Below, piece after piece: positions 1-12,521 of a stretch of DNA of 64,000 nucleotides (position 1 is its first letter; each line of letters begins with the position of its first letter). The position numbers and the translations under genes were made by a program. Source of the stretch: Sphyrna mokarran. Its lineage: Eukaryota. The notes below the pieces were generated by a model. It did no database searches and was not told where the DNA came from. It saw only the letters and a program-made list of their open reading frames with translations. The DNA lies in contig JAGIQG010000040.1 of NCBI GenBank assembly GCA_024679065.1, positions 5,642,001 to 5,706,000 of the forward strand. The letters run 5' to 3'.

Positions 1-59
1 TGACAATTTATGTGTTTTCCAAATGATTTGAAACGATTTTTAAATAATTTTCATTTGGA

Positions 60-2340
60 CATGAAAGACACTCCAACATGGTATGTTGCCTACCAGGTAC
101 CAGGCTCCAGGATGTCTCTGAATGGGCAGGAAGAATTCTGAAGAGAAAGGGTTAAAAGCTATTGGTTGTGGTACATATTTGTACTGAGGTCCTGCAACAA
201 CAGTTTGGGACTTTAGTAGCAAGTTGAAAAACAGTACCTCTTGAGTTATAATCTCAGGCCTATTCCCCGTGCCACTTGCCAGATGAGGCTAGAAATAGGA
301 AGATAGCACCGCTCAACACGTGGCTGAACAGCTGGTGTAGGATGAAGAGTTTCAGATATCTGGACGATTGGGGTCACTTCCGAACCAGGTGGGAACACTA
401 CAAGAAGGCTGGGATGCATCTAAACTGGACGGGCTTAAATATTCTGGCCTGGAGGTTTGCTCATGTCACAACTGAAGATTTCAATTCGTTTGGCAGGGAG
501 TGGGAACCAAAAAAACGTGAATTAACTGTAAGGAACTAGAGAGTAGGGCCAGTAAACCTCCGAGAAAGAGCAAGCAGGATGTGGTTGCTCATGAAAGAGC
601 GTCTGGTGGACTAAGTGCATTTGTTTCAATGCAAGAGGTGTAACAGGTAAAGCAGATGTACTTAGTTGCTATTTCAGGCTCTTGATTAAGGGAAGGACAG
701 GATTGGCAGCTTAACTTTGAGCATATTGATGTATCAGGTTTGTTAGATGGAGAAGTCAAAGGGGTGAAGCAGTTAAGCATTAAGAAGAAACTCACAAGTG
801 TACGGTGGGAGGGCAGCTAGAAGGCCCATGCAGTGAGGCAATATGGGTAGAGGTCAGGAATTGGAAGGATGTAGTCACAATGTTGGGGTTTACTATAGGG
901 TGCCCAACAGCCAATGGGAGATAAAATAACAAATATTTAGGCAAAATTTGCCAAGGTGTAAAAGTAACATGCTGGTTGTGGCGGGAGATTTTAACACATC
1001 CTATATTGACTGGGTCTCCGTGCTAATGGTATGGATGGGGCAAAGTTATAAGGAGAATCCGGGTGGGCTTCTTGAAACAGTATTTAGATAGTCCAACTAA
1101 GGAACGAGCTGCACTGGACCTTGCATCAGGGAATGAACCCGGCCAGCTAGGCAACGTTTCAGTAGGGGCGCAGTTCGGGAACAGTGACTACAAATTTAGT
1201 AAGATTTCAGTACTGATGGATCAGGATATGTGTGGTTCTCAAGTTAAAGTGATAAATTGGGAGAAGGCTAATTACAACCATATTAGGCAGGAATTGAAGA
1301 ACGTAGACTGGGGCAGATATCTGAGGGAAAATCAGCACTTAGCATGTTGGAAGTTTTCAAATGTAAGTTGATAGTGATTCAAAACTGGCACATTCCTATA
1401 AGGATGAAGGATGAGAATGGCAAGTTTTGGTCAATTTGGACAACGGGAGATATTGTGAGCCTAGTCAAAGAGAAAAAAGTAAAAATTTGTCAAGGCTAAA
1501 AGGCTGGGAAAACACAAAACAAGTTTGGAATACAAGAAAAGTGGAAAGAAACGTTGGCGAAGAGTAAGGAGGGCGAAAAGGAATCACGGAAAATCATTGA
1601 TCAGCAGGATTAAGGAAAATTCCAAGGAAAGAGTAAGAAGGTAACAATGGAAAGGACAGGGGAGAGAATCTATGCGTGGAGCCAGAGGAAAGGCGAAGTG
1701 TTACTTTGCATCAGCATCCACCAAAGAGAAGCACTTAGTGCATGATGAGTCTGAGAAAGGATGTGTAAATAGTTTGAATCATTCTGAGATTAAAAAGGGA
1801 GTAAGTATTGGGGTTCTTGAGAAGCACTAAAGTAGACAAGTCCCCAGGGCCTAATGGGATTTACTCTGAATATTGAGACAAGCCATAGAGAAAATTGATG
1901 GGGCCTTGAAAGAAATTTTCGTATCCTTACTAGCTTCCGAGGAGATTAAAGATTATAAGGGGCATAGATAAAGTGGATAGTCGGAGGTTTTTTTCCCAGC
2001 ATGGAAGAGTCAATTACTTGGGGGCATAGATTTAATGTGTGAGGGACAAGATTTAAAAGAAATGTGTGAAGTACGTTCTTTACACAGAGAGTGGTAGGTA
2101 CTTGGAACTCACTGCAGGGTAGGTAGTGGAAGCAGATATGATAGCGGTTTTTAAGTGGCTTTTAATGAGCAACATTATTCATGTTGAAAAATACATGAAT
2201 ACGATGAGAATGGAGGGATATGGTCACTGGAAAGGTGGGAGTTTTCATTAGTCGGGCAACATGGTCGGTGCAGGTTGGGAGGGCCAAAGGGCCTGTTCCT
2301 GTGCTGTCATTTCCTTTATTCAATGTTCTTTGGTTTCTTC
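60..2340 (+). mobile_element. Decayed CR1-type LINE (ORF1 esterase C-terminus, APE fragments, internally deleted, 3' tail) in the intron of GPCR copy C
   Basis: ORF 276-539 ([21 protein letters not shown]) resembles the CR1 ORF1 esterase; ORF 1063-1371 (QYLDSPTKERAALDL..NEPGQ) is APE-like; CR1 tail gggccaaagggcctgttcctgtgctg near 2280. Boundaries are approximate. Confidence 0.85.
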
Positions 2341-3955
2341 ACTGCTACAAGTTGCAATTGTGAGAAGTGTTTAAACCCGTCAGGAGAGTGATTTCTCAAA
2401 ATTGTCAAAAAACAGGCTTTCGTCAGATAAACATTTATTTGTTACAAAACGTGGAAAATGCAGCCATCACTTACTCCTGAAACCCACAGACACACACATA
2501 AGAAAACAAAATTAATATGCATTTAAATTTTTAGTAATGCACAACAGAAAAGATCACGGCGTTATTGCTCAAAAAAAATCTAAGCATCAAATTCATTGAA
2601 AAACTGGAGCAAATCCTCCTGGGGTTTTCAGTGGGAGTTTCAAAATGAATCGCCCACAGTCTGCACACTATAGACAGTCCAATAGTGCTTGACGCTGAAA
2701 TCAGTATTCCCATCGGAGAGGCCACCAGCAAACACTGAGGAGGCCTCTGCACATATGTCGATCTGTCAGTGCTGATATCGGCGCATGTGAACTACCCACA
2801 CTGCCAGCCTCCCGATCACTGGCCAGATCGATACTAAAAAATAGCAGTGCAGATGCTGAAATTTTAGAATGGAATCAAAAAATTTAGGAAAAGCACAGGA
2901 TTTTTTGCAGCACCTGTGCAGAGTGAAACTGAGTTAATGTTTCAAGTCAGTCTGACCTTGTTCTTTGAGATGTAAGTGGGTTTGGAAGGTGCTGTGAAAG
3001 GATCTTTGGAGAATTACTGTAATGCATCTTGTAGATGGTACACACGGTGGCTGCTGAGTTTATTCTCTTTTGCCCATGCTATTACTTGTCTGCTCTTGCA
3101 TGTTTTGTATATGTGGAGGTGAATGAACCATATTGTCTTCTTCCTGCCCTTTTCCATGTTTATATATGGGGAAACCATCCAGCTGTACAAGACCAGGTTT
3201 GTGATATGTTGCATTATTCGTAAAAATCCTAAAATTCAATGAAATTATATTTAAAAATAACATTTGAGGGGACGTTCCTCGTGCTGCTGAGCACATGTCC
3301 TGCTGAGAGTGACTAACACAGGCATCCCGTGGACAGGTACGGGTCAAGTTATAAAGACATGTGTCGGAGCTGTGAAAACACCTTCTCCAACGTGAATACC
3401 ACACCGGAGGCAGTGAGAAGTAAATGTAAAAGCTTCCCACGTCATTCTACTGCTTCTGAGCATTTTTAGCTTGCAACTTTGACAATGTAAACGTGACTAT
3501 CATAGACAAGTGGGAGAAAGAAATTAGTTTCAAACAGGGGATTGGACAAACCCTAAAGGGGAAGGATCTGCAGGAATCTAGGGAATGGACAGATGAACGG
3601 GATTAGTTGCAGTAGTGAAACCAATCATGAGAATATTCACATGGAGATGAGGAATTATTCAATGGATGGGCTGGGCTGAGGCAGAAGTGGGGATGTGTGA
3701 TATTATTGAGGTGGCTGAGGACAGGGTTTGGGATGGGGAGAATATGGGGTTGGAAATCCAATCAGGGTAAAAGGGAGTTTGTGGGTTGCGGGAAGCCTCT
3801 GATAGCAACCAGAGAGGGGAGTGGAACCGTGGAATATGGGATGGAATGAGTAACTGGAGCTTAAGAGAATGAATTCATCTTTCCAAAGTGTAAATAACCA
3901 GACAAATAATGCAATCTGAGACAGTTAGAATAAATAACTGGATAGAGAAACTTAC

Positions 3956-4135
3956 CAGGGACACCAACAATAGCGAGGATGGGATAATATCCCTCTTGAA
4001 TACGTACATCTTGAGTACATCGTTAATCTGACAATCCCATGGTCTCTGACTATCAATGGACTCGGTAATGTTCAAGTGGAAATCTTCATCGAGTGTTGTA
4101 AAATTCCAAACTATTGTCCCCAGATACTGGTCCAT
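3956..4135 (-). pseudogene. Orphan GPCR (GPR139/142-like) copy C, exon 1, frameshifted; exon 2 would lie left of the window
   Basis: Near-identical to exon 1 at 13918-14092 and has the same CCTG|GTAAG donor (3955-3951), but it is 180 nt instead of 175 nt. A 5-nt insertion near 4005-4015 shifts the frame before TM1. Confidence 0.8.
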
Positions 4136-4649
4136 TGTTGTAACGTTCCAATCTACTCTCGGATTCTGATCTCTCCTCCCCCCTCACTCAGGCTGCGAGG
4201 GCCACAGTTACGCTCCCATTGAAAGGAATGGCTTATTAATAGAAGAGGGAAACCCTCCAGTGACACAGTTCGGATCCATGGAGACTGTCATTTATTCCAC
4301 TCTCTAAACAAACAAGTACAATTAACTCCTTTCAATCCAAAACAATTTGTATTACAATCAAATCAAACATTTACTTGGTATGGGTTGGATGTATGAGGTT
4401 GACTGAGGACAGGTATGGTGGAAATATCAGATATACTGACCATAATATTTCAATCCTCCTTGGATAAGGGAATGGTGCCAGAGTATGGGAGAGCTATACA
4501 TGTTTCATGTTTAGAAAAGGAGAAAGGGATAAAGCACAGAACTAATAAAGAAGTTAAGGTGAAATAAACGGGGGGAAAGGGGTTTTCCAGCGTAAAATAT
4601 TGTTCCTGACTGAATGTTGCAGACCGACACATTTTAGATTCCAGGACTC

Positions 4650-6325
4650 CAACATTTTCATGCACAGGTTCCAACAAGACTTTTTCACCGCACAGGATCT
4701 TCAACCGATGCTATACACTAGATACATCGATGACACTTTCTTCTTTTGGACTCATGGTGAACAAACAGTGAAACAACTATATGATGATATTAACAAGTTC
4801 TATCCTACCATCAGACTCATCATGGACTCCCGCATCGGTGGCATTCGTGGACACACGCATCTCCATCAAGGACGTTCTCCTCAGCACCTTACTGTACCGC
4901 AAGCCCACAGACAACCTCACAATGCTCCACTTCTCCAGCTTCCACCTCAGACACGGTAAAGAAGGCATCCCCTATGGATAAGCCCTCCGTATGCACAGAA
5001 TTTGCTCAGATGGGGAGGATCGTGACAAACACCTGCAGACGCTAAAAGATGCCCTCATGAGAACTGGATATAGAACATAGAACATAGAACATTACAGCAC
5101 AGAACAGGCCCTTCGGCCTTCGATGTTGCGCCGACCAATATAAATAGCAATGCCCCTCCAAACTAAACCATTCCCTTCTCTTCCATATACTTATCAACTA
5201 AGCTCTTAAACGCCACCAAACTTGGCGCTTGAGTCGAGCGCCATTTGGATATGGCGCTCGACTCATCGATTAACAGTTCCGAAATGCCACAGCGATAAAC
5301 CACACTGACCTCCTCAGACGACAAACATGGGACGCAGTAGACAGAGTACCGTTTGTTGCCCAGTATTTCCCCGGAGTGGAGAAGCTAGGACATCTTCTCC
5401 GGAGTCTTCAACATATCATTGATGAAGACGAACACCTCTCCAGGGCCATCCCCCCCATCCTCACTTCTTGCCTTTAAACAACCGCACAATCTCAAATAGA
5501 CCATTCTTCGCAGCAAACTACCCAGACTTCAGGAGAACAGTGTCCACAATATCACACAAACCCGCCACAGCAGCCTCTGCAAGACATGCCGGATCATCGA
5601 CATGGATGACATCATCACACATGAGAACACCATTCACCAGGTACACGGTACATACTCTTGCAACTCGGCCAACATTGTCTACCTAATACGCTGCAGGAAA
5701 GGATGTCCCGAAGCATGGTACATTGGGGAGACCATTCAGACTCTACGACAACGGATGAATGAACATCGCTCGACAATCACTAGGCAAAACTGTTCCCTTC
5801 CTGTTGGCGATCACTTCAGCGGTCATGGGCATTCGGTCTCCGACCTTCGGGTAAGCATTCTCCAAGGAGGCCTTCACGACACACGACAGCGCAGAGCCGC
5901 TGAGCAGAAATAAACTGATAGTTTTGCACACATGAGGACGGTCTCAATCGGGATCTTGGGCTCATGTCACACTACCTGTAACACCCTTGACTTGCTTGGA
6001 TTTGCAAAACCTCACTTACTGTAGTGTCTGGAAACAATACACATCTCTTTGACCCATAGCCAATGTTCCTTCCACTCACGTTGTCAGCACCTTTAAGAAT
6101 TGAATAGCAGGTTAGTTTTAAAGACTCGCTTTCTAATAAGTAATCTGTAAACTGTCTATGCTGTTATATGCTCTGTCTGAGGTCTGAACTCTCCATTCAG
6201 CTGACGAAAGGGAAAACCTCGAAAGCTTGGGAGTTTGCTATCAAATAAATTGGTTAGATTTAAACCTGGTATTGTCAGACTTCTTATTGTATTTACCCCA
6301 GTCCAACGCCGGCATCTCCACATTA
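4650..6325 (+). mobile_element. 5'-truncated Penelope-like retroelement (RT C-terminus, GIY-YIG endonuclease, pLTR)
   Basis: NIFMHRF..YTRYIDDTFFFW RT motif (ORF 4600-4959); LYRKPTD; NIVYLIRC..WYIGET..LRQRMNEH GIY-YIG (ORF 5602-5913); pLTR at about 6150-6325. Confidence 0.9.
5072..5245 (-). mobile_element. Short CR1/SINE 3'-tail insertion into the Penelope element
   Basis: (agaacat)n microsatellite tail plus acaggcccttcggcc stem, flanked by TGGATAT direct repeats at 5065-5071 and 5246-5252. Confidence 0.75.
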
Positions 6326-7400
6326 CAACAGCTGGTTACACACACTGGCAAATCAATATTTTCCTGTGCACACACATCCCAAGATCAATCTGCAGAAATC
6401 CCACCAGAAATAGTGGGATTTTATATAGTTATATTTACTGCGTGGTTGTAACATTAGCTGCCCACCATTAACACCACAAACTCCTGCTGCTTTCCTGAAA
6501 CGAGTTCTTTCCATGCAATGGAATGTGTTAAAAGGAAAGTGACATTCGGTTTAAAATATCATCCGCATTGGAGACGGTTACGTCAGGTGAAAATGTTGAT
6601 AATTAAATGAAACATGTTAATTGTCCTTCAGTGTGAAATAACGTAGAAATATTAACCAAATATTGCGCTGAGATGTCAGCAGATTCTGAGCGTTTGCTGC
6701 CACCTTTTGGGAGAGCTCAGAATTTCTCCCGTCATGTTCCGTTCAGTTCAGAATATTATTCAGGAATTAGTTTTGCAAAAAATTCGAAAGACTACACCAA
6801 AGCTGTCTTGTCATTAAATATTGCGTTGTTCGGTGTAAGTGCTATACTGAACTTTATCTCTATTTATAATATTTCATGCCTTTTTTGCTATTGTAATACT
6901 AAACTACATTTCATGTATTATTTTATTAGATAATCTTGTTTTGATCGTGCAAGGCCATGCCTTGCTAACAACTGTCCAGACCATGCCTCTTCTCACAGGG
7001 CACAAACCAGTGTCTCAGCTATTATGACACTGAGCCCATATGTCTGCCCTAATTTCACTGGATCGGTGCCTGTTTATATTACACGAAGGTTGTCTCCTTC
7101 CTTCAACATTATTCGCCTTGTAATCCATCAAAGACGCTGCCGGTTGTTAACGGTCTCAGACCGTACCCATGTCTATATTGCAAATTTTACAAAACTGTGT
7201 AAATTCTCTAAGAGAGTTTGGATTGTGTCCGAAATGTCTTTGATGTAAATGGAATAGCGGAAATCTTCCCCAAATCTGTTACTCTCGGTTTGGAAGTTAT
7301 TGACGTTTATTTGAAACCAGTACATTCTCTTGATAGGTTATAAAGAATAGGTTTCTCCCCAGCCTGCCCCTATCCCACACACCCTGTCACATTGTGGCAG

Positions 7401-7520
7401 TGTTTTTGTACAAGGGCCCCTCAGCTTCAGTCCACAGAAATACATCGCGGGGTCAGCCAGTCGCAGCTCATGGATAGTGAAATTCCCCCATTTTTTAAAT
7501 GTCTGAAGATGAAGGAATTC
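7401..7520 (-). pseudogene. Truncated TCR V remnant (FR3 only) with nonamer but no heptamer
   Basis: Minus strand reads LHLQTFKKWGNFTIHELRLADPAMYFCGLK, then about 15 nt, then ACAAAAACA (7409-7401). Confidence 0.65.
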
Positions 7521-7659
7521 GAATTCTCATACACTTTGCTCTGAAAGCTTCCACAACAAGTGGAATGTAGCTAGTCTTTTTATGATTTGAGTTATATTAC
7601 AAATCCACAATCCAGTTCACAGACCTGATTCAGTAAGAGAAGGCGAGAGTGTCTTTGCT

Positions 7660-7697
7660 GGTTTTTGTACGGCTGACTGTGTCTCTGTAACACTGTG
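7660..7697 (-). other. Recombination signal sequence CACAGTG-22 bp-ACAAAAACC
   Basis: Consensus heptamer at 7697-7691 and consensus nonamer at 7668-7660. Confidence 0.93.
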
Positions 7698-8133
7698 GTG
7701 TTCAGGGCGCAGTGATAGACGGCAGAGTCAGAGATATGGACCCCGGTGATAGTTAAAGGAACTGTTCTCTTGCCTTTGTCCAATTCAGCCAAAAACCGGT
7801 CAGGACAATGTGGAGATTTATCCATCTGTCCCTTGCCGTAACTGTTCAGTAAATATCTCGGAGCTTTCCCGGGATATTGAATGTACCAGAAGAGAGTCTC
7901 ATCAGTGTATTTTGTTGTGTAATTGCAATTCAGTATTACCGTCTGTCCTTCCTGGGCCGTGAATTCGGGGAGGTCCTGGAAAACCGAATCTTGGCCATTG
8001 GTTCCTGTAACAACATAGAGAATATGTGAGAAATCTGAGTGAAAATAACCGATGAAACACATACTGAGGATTTGAGCTCAGACTTACCCGGCAGTGTGAT
8101 CATTACTATCAGTAAAGCACACAGGGAACACAT
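7698..8133 (-). CDS. TCR alpha/delta-type V segment (leader exon 8133-8088, V exon 8004-7698)
   Basis: Leader MCSLCALLIVMITLP with GTAAG donor and CAG acceptor; V domain ..VILNCNYT..LFWYIQYPGKAPRYLL..DSAVYHCALN; RSS follows directly. Confidence 0.92.
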
Positions 8134-11100
8134 GGTTCCAGACTGGACAGAAAATAGCCACACTGTTTAAATGGTGTTACTGCTTCTAGTTTTATATCAC
8201 AGAGTGAACTCAGATCAGAGACAACTGCAATTATTGAGAAATTGGAGGGCGTTTTTCAGTGCTTCGATTGGCTAGTCTGCCTGAGATAACGTTAGCTTTG
8301 GACCAATTATTTTAGCTAACGACGAAGTGCAGTTGGCTTTCTCCAATCAATTTGTAGCCCAGGCTGTGTGCGTCCTTTTTATCCTCTTACTCTCTGTCAC
8401 ATGGTCAGTCATTCTGTCTCTTTCTCTGTTTAACTGTCTTTCCTTCGACCTCAATGTCAGTGTATTTCGTTAGATAGATCTTTCTCCCGAATTAAAGCGA
8501 AAAATGAAGCAGATTATTTGACATCTGTCTAATGCACAAGCAGTGAGTGCCCAGTGCAAGAGGATAATTAATAGATTTGCTGTTTTAAGTACATCGGGGA
8601 AGTGGAATCACCCAACTCAGAATTGAGATGCGGTTCGACTGGGAAAACATTGATTTCAGTCAGTCAAAATTACTACCCAGCAACTTCAACATGTGACAAC
8701 TCTGAGCCTGCCTTTGATATTTGATCACTTTTGAAAGGTGTGGTCTGTCACACAGTTAAGTGATCTGGAAAATTTAAAATACACATTGATGACCTTGATC
8801 TCCTGGGAGATCTGGGGTTTGTGTGAATGGGATGGGGATTGATTGGACTTGATCTGATATTAATATGAGTAAAAATATCTCAAATTTACCAATAGTGACA
8901 AGCCTTAACCTCAGTGAGGGAAAACATTCAGACGGGCTATATTGTCATGTTCATGTGGGTAAAATTTATCTGATTTTTATCTGGTTCCAGTTAGAGCATC
9001 AGAAACAGAGACAGTGATCACTGACTGTATCAGAATTGCAATTGGATAAGTTGGATCAGTCAGTGGAACGGTATGAGATCAAAGGTGACTCCCTGTCTCC
9101 GCCCATTTTTATATCTTCAAACAGGCGCTTCCTCAGAAGGGGATGGTGAACTGGTATAAGTGAGCAGAGAGCGCCCTCTCCTGGACAGCACTGTCGCATA
9201 TTGGAAATAGGTACACAAACGGCCACTTGCAAAGACTGACACAAGTCGAGATATTAGAATCATAGAATCCGTATAGTACAATCCATTCGGTCCAGCGAGT
9301 CTCTACTGGCTCGTGTGAGGTCGGTGTAGGTAAGACAGATTCCTTATCCGTTCTTAATGTTATCAGATCAAATGTTCGGGATATAGGAGGACAACACAAG
9401 TGGACTGCTTTGGGTGCAGGTGATTCATTCTCCTCTGCTATATGCCAAGTTCTGTGGAAGATTGTGAAGTTAATTAGTTATAGTATGTATAATTTAGAAA
9501 TAGTGAAGAGATGCTTCATCCGATTAAACTCATTTTGTGAACCGGATATGAAATCAATTGCATAAATAAATATGTCTATGTTGAAAGATATATCGGGAAG
9601 TATATTCAATACTTCATGCCTTTGGGTCAAGGAAACGTTGTTATTTAAAGCCAATTGTACGTACATGGATTCCACAGAAGATCCTTCTTCAGATGGGGAT
9701 TGGACAATGACGTGAAAGGGGGAAAAATCAGCTTCATGGAATCAGAGGACGAAATTGAAATGAGAACAAAGAACAGTTCAGAACAGGAACAGGCCCTTCG
9801 GCCCACAAAGCCGCACCAACACGCCAGTTGGGTAGCTCGTAATCAAATAATTGGCATGGGCATTGTGGGTTGAAGGGTCTCTTATTGTTGTCTGCCATTG
9901 TCAACCATCTTCAATCATTCTTGGATCAATGTGTCTGTAACATTCCCAATGAGTGTTGCAACATTTCAAGAGAGTCCCATTGGGTAGTACAAAATCAACA
10001 GTTTCTGTGGTGTAGTGGTGATTGTGTTCGCTTCACACACGAAAGATCCCTATTTCAAAGCTATGCTGAAGTGTTATTAGTATTTGTTTATTAAGGGTGA
10101 GGGAAGTTTGCATGATTTAAATTTGTTGCTGGATATTATCCGAAACTCGATGTTAAAGCCATATTATCTTTGCTCTGACCTCGGCCTCAAAATCTTTCAG
10201 CAAAATCTGAAATTTTGTATTTTTATGATGCAACGAGAGGAAATAGATGCCCCTGTTTTAAAACTGTGCTCATGACAGCAACTTGTTCAGTCCACAACAG
10301 AATTTAATGGCTTTATTAATGCAGACGAACAAATTTAATCATCATCTGAAACATGTCGAACAGTATTGCGTGCTCCGAAAGACAGATATGCGAGAAACTG
10401 TAACTGAACTAGAGGAAATAGTGCACATTGCACAGAACCATCTTTTTAACATCGTTCTTCAGAGTAAAGGATTAGAAAAAAACCACTCAGACAGATGAGG
10501 AAACCGAGAATCAGTGCGGATCTGCTGAACTTCCTACAGATGAATGAGATATAAGCGCCAGAATGTTTCATGCTCAGAGTAAAGAGGGATCAAATATAAC
10601 TATCAGATCATTTTAAATCTCTTCCCTTTAAAGATACTTGATTTTGTTTAAAATCCATGGTCAATCTCAAATACGCACCATGTGATGTGTCGTTAGTAAA
10701 TATTTGATTTATTTATGTGTTTAATGCCATTGGTAGCTTCTTCTCCATCTTTTGCATCTGACCCCAGAGTTCTTTCTCTCCTTTGATTCGTTAAAATAAT
10801 ATTTACATCTTATTTTTTTCTCATTCCCTCTAGTTCTTGTTTCGCTATGGGTTAAACAGATGCAACATTTTCATTGTACATGAACTGAGTTGTGCATCTG
10901 TTAGTTACAGTATTGCACTCATCCACCCACCTGACTAATCCTGCCAGATGTGGAGATTTGGTTTCTCGCATTTATTATATTCAGTGTAGAAAATGTTGCA
11001 TTATTTGATTTATTTTACAGCAGTCGGGTAGGTTGGGTGGTGGTGGGTGAGTAGGTTAGGTGGGCGGGGGGGTGGTGGTGGTGGAGTTCTCCTGAGAAGG

Positions 11101-12149
11101 AAATACTCAACATAAAGCAATGTAATAAAAAGGTTCAGACAGAATCGTATTATGTGCACGCTGTGTCTGTAACTCTGCAGACGGAAACACCCAGTTTTGG
11201 GGCAGAAGTTGCCCCTCCGACTGCACTGCAGATTTAACAAATCCCGATCGAGAGAATAACATGCCCAATAACAGAAGGTAGTCAATATAGATCAGAGGCC
11301 TCAAAGGCGGCTGACAATGCTGGTGTTATTTGTTTATATTTTCAGTTCGGATCAGCGGGGAGTTTGTAACCAGTGCGCCCCCTGGCGAAGGTCTGAATCT
11401 TTCAATGTTAGGACAACGAAAACGTGCAAATTTATCCATAGGGCAGTTTCCAGTGCCCGGGTTTTAGGAGATACTTCTCAGAAAATTCAACTGCATAAAT
11501 ATGAGCGTTTATTTCAATTTTCCGTGGGACTTAGGCGCCGCTGACTGGCCAGCATTATTGCCCATCCCCAGTTACCCTTGGAGGGCAAAGTCAATCACAT
11601 TGCTGTGACTCTGGAATCACATGTAGACCAGACCAGGTAAGGATGGCAGATTTCCTTCCCGAAAGGACATTAGTGAATCAGATGAGTTTTCGTACCATCG
11701 ACAAACGTTACGTCCGTGAATTCTAAAATGTTATCCCGGGTACCCTTGAGCATTAACTGAATCACTGGATTAATCGTCTCACGATAATACAACTAGGCCA
11801 TCCCCTCTTTTTTTATAATATCACCTGATTTTCGCTTTGTCTGTCACACTCGGTACTTTACAATCTCGATCTCTACTTCAACAGTTTCCTTATTTTCTGT
11901 CCACTCCTCCTACAATGACTGAAATTTCCTCTGTCCTGTTTTTCAATCACTCAGTCTAATTTACATGTTCCTCTTTCCTCTTCACCATTTCTGTTTTCAA
12001 CTCTCTTCATTTCTGACAGAATTTTAATAATTAGATTCTATATTTTATTTTCAGTTGCGCTCATTTACTTTTTTGACTATTTTAAAATAATCTCATCACT
12101 CACTCTGCCGACACTGCAGACACACAGAGTAGCTCTCACAGTCGATGCA

Positions 12150-12188
12150 GATTTTTGTATGGGACCCCCCTGTATTTGTTACACTGTG
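12150..12188 (-). other. RSS CACAGTG-23 bp-ACAAAAATC
   Basis: Heptamer 12188-12182, nonamer 12158-12150. Confidence 0.92.
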
Positions 12189-12521
12189 GCTCATGGCACA
12201 GAGATAGGTGGCAGTGTCTGTAACTCCGGCGCCTCTCACAGTCAGGGTGCTGAATTTGTAGTCTTCCCCGATTGAGGCAGTGATCCTCTCGCTTTGATCG
12301 GTTTCTCTTCTGGCCGTCACCAGATGCTGGGGTGGCTGATTCGAGGACTGTGTGTACCAATGCAAGCCGTCAAACATAGTGGTTGTAGTGCAGTTGATGG
12401 ATATGGTTTCCCCTTCGCTGACAACCTTCCACCGAGGGAGCTGCACCACCTCATCTGCTCCAGTCACTCCCGTGAAGATCAGCGTGAGGAAAAGCAAAGA
12501 AAATCTGTAAATTCGGAACAT
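12189..12521 (-). CDS. TCR alpha/delta-type V segment with leader and V in a single exon
   Basis: Continuous ORF MFRIYRFSLLFLTLIFTGVTG-ADEVVQLP..ISINC..LHWYTQ..DTATYLCAMS with no splice acceptor at the leader/V junction. Confidence 0.9.

Larger units (their letters stand above)
1..4685. repeat. Inverted segmental duplication of the GPCR unit (pairs with about 13370-17765 plus 23139-23242)
   Basis: Continuous reverse-complement similarity across promoter, exon 1 and intron (e.g. ORF 4450-4704 vs 13320-13604; 1-100 vs 23139-23242). Confidence 0.9.

Noticed and set aside
11100-11340. Possible V pseudogene on the minus strand (cacagcg near 11165)
   Set aside because: No conserved Cys/Trp framework or nonamer.
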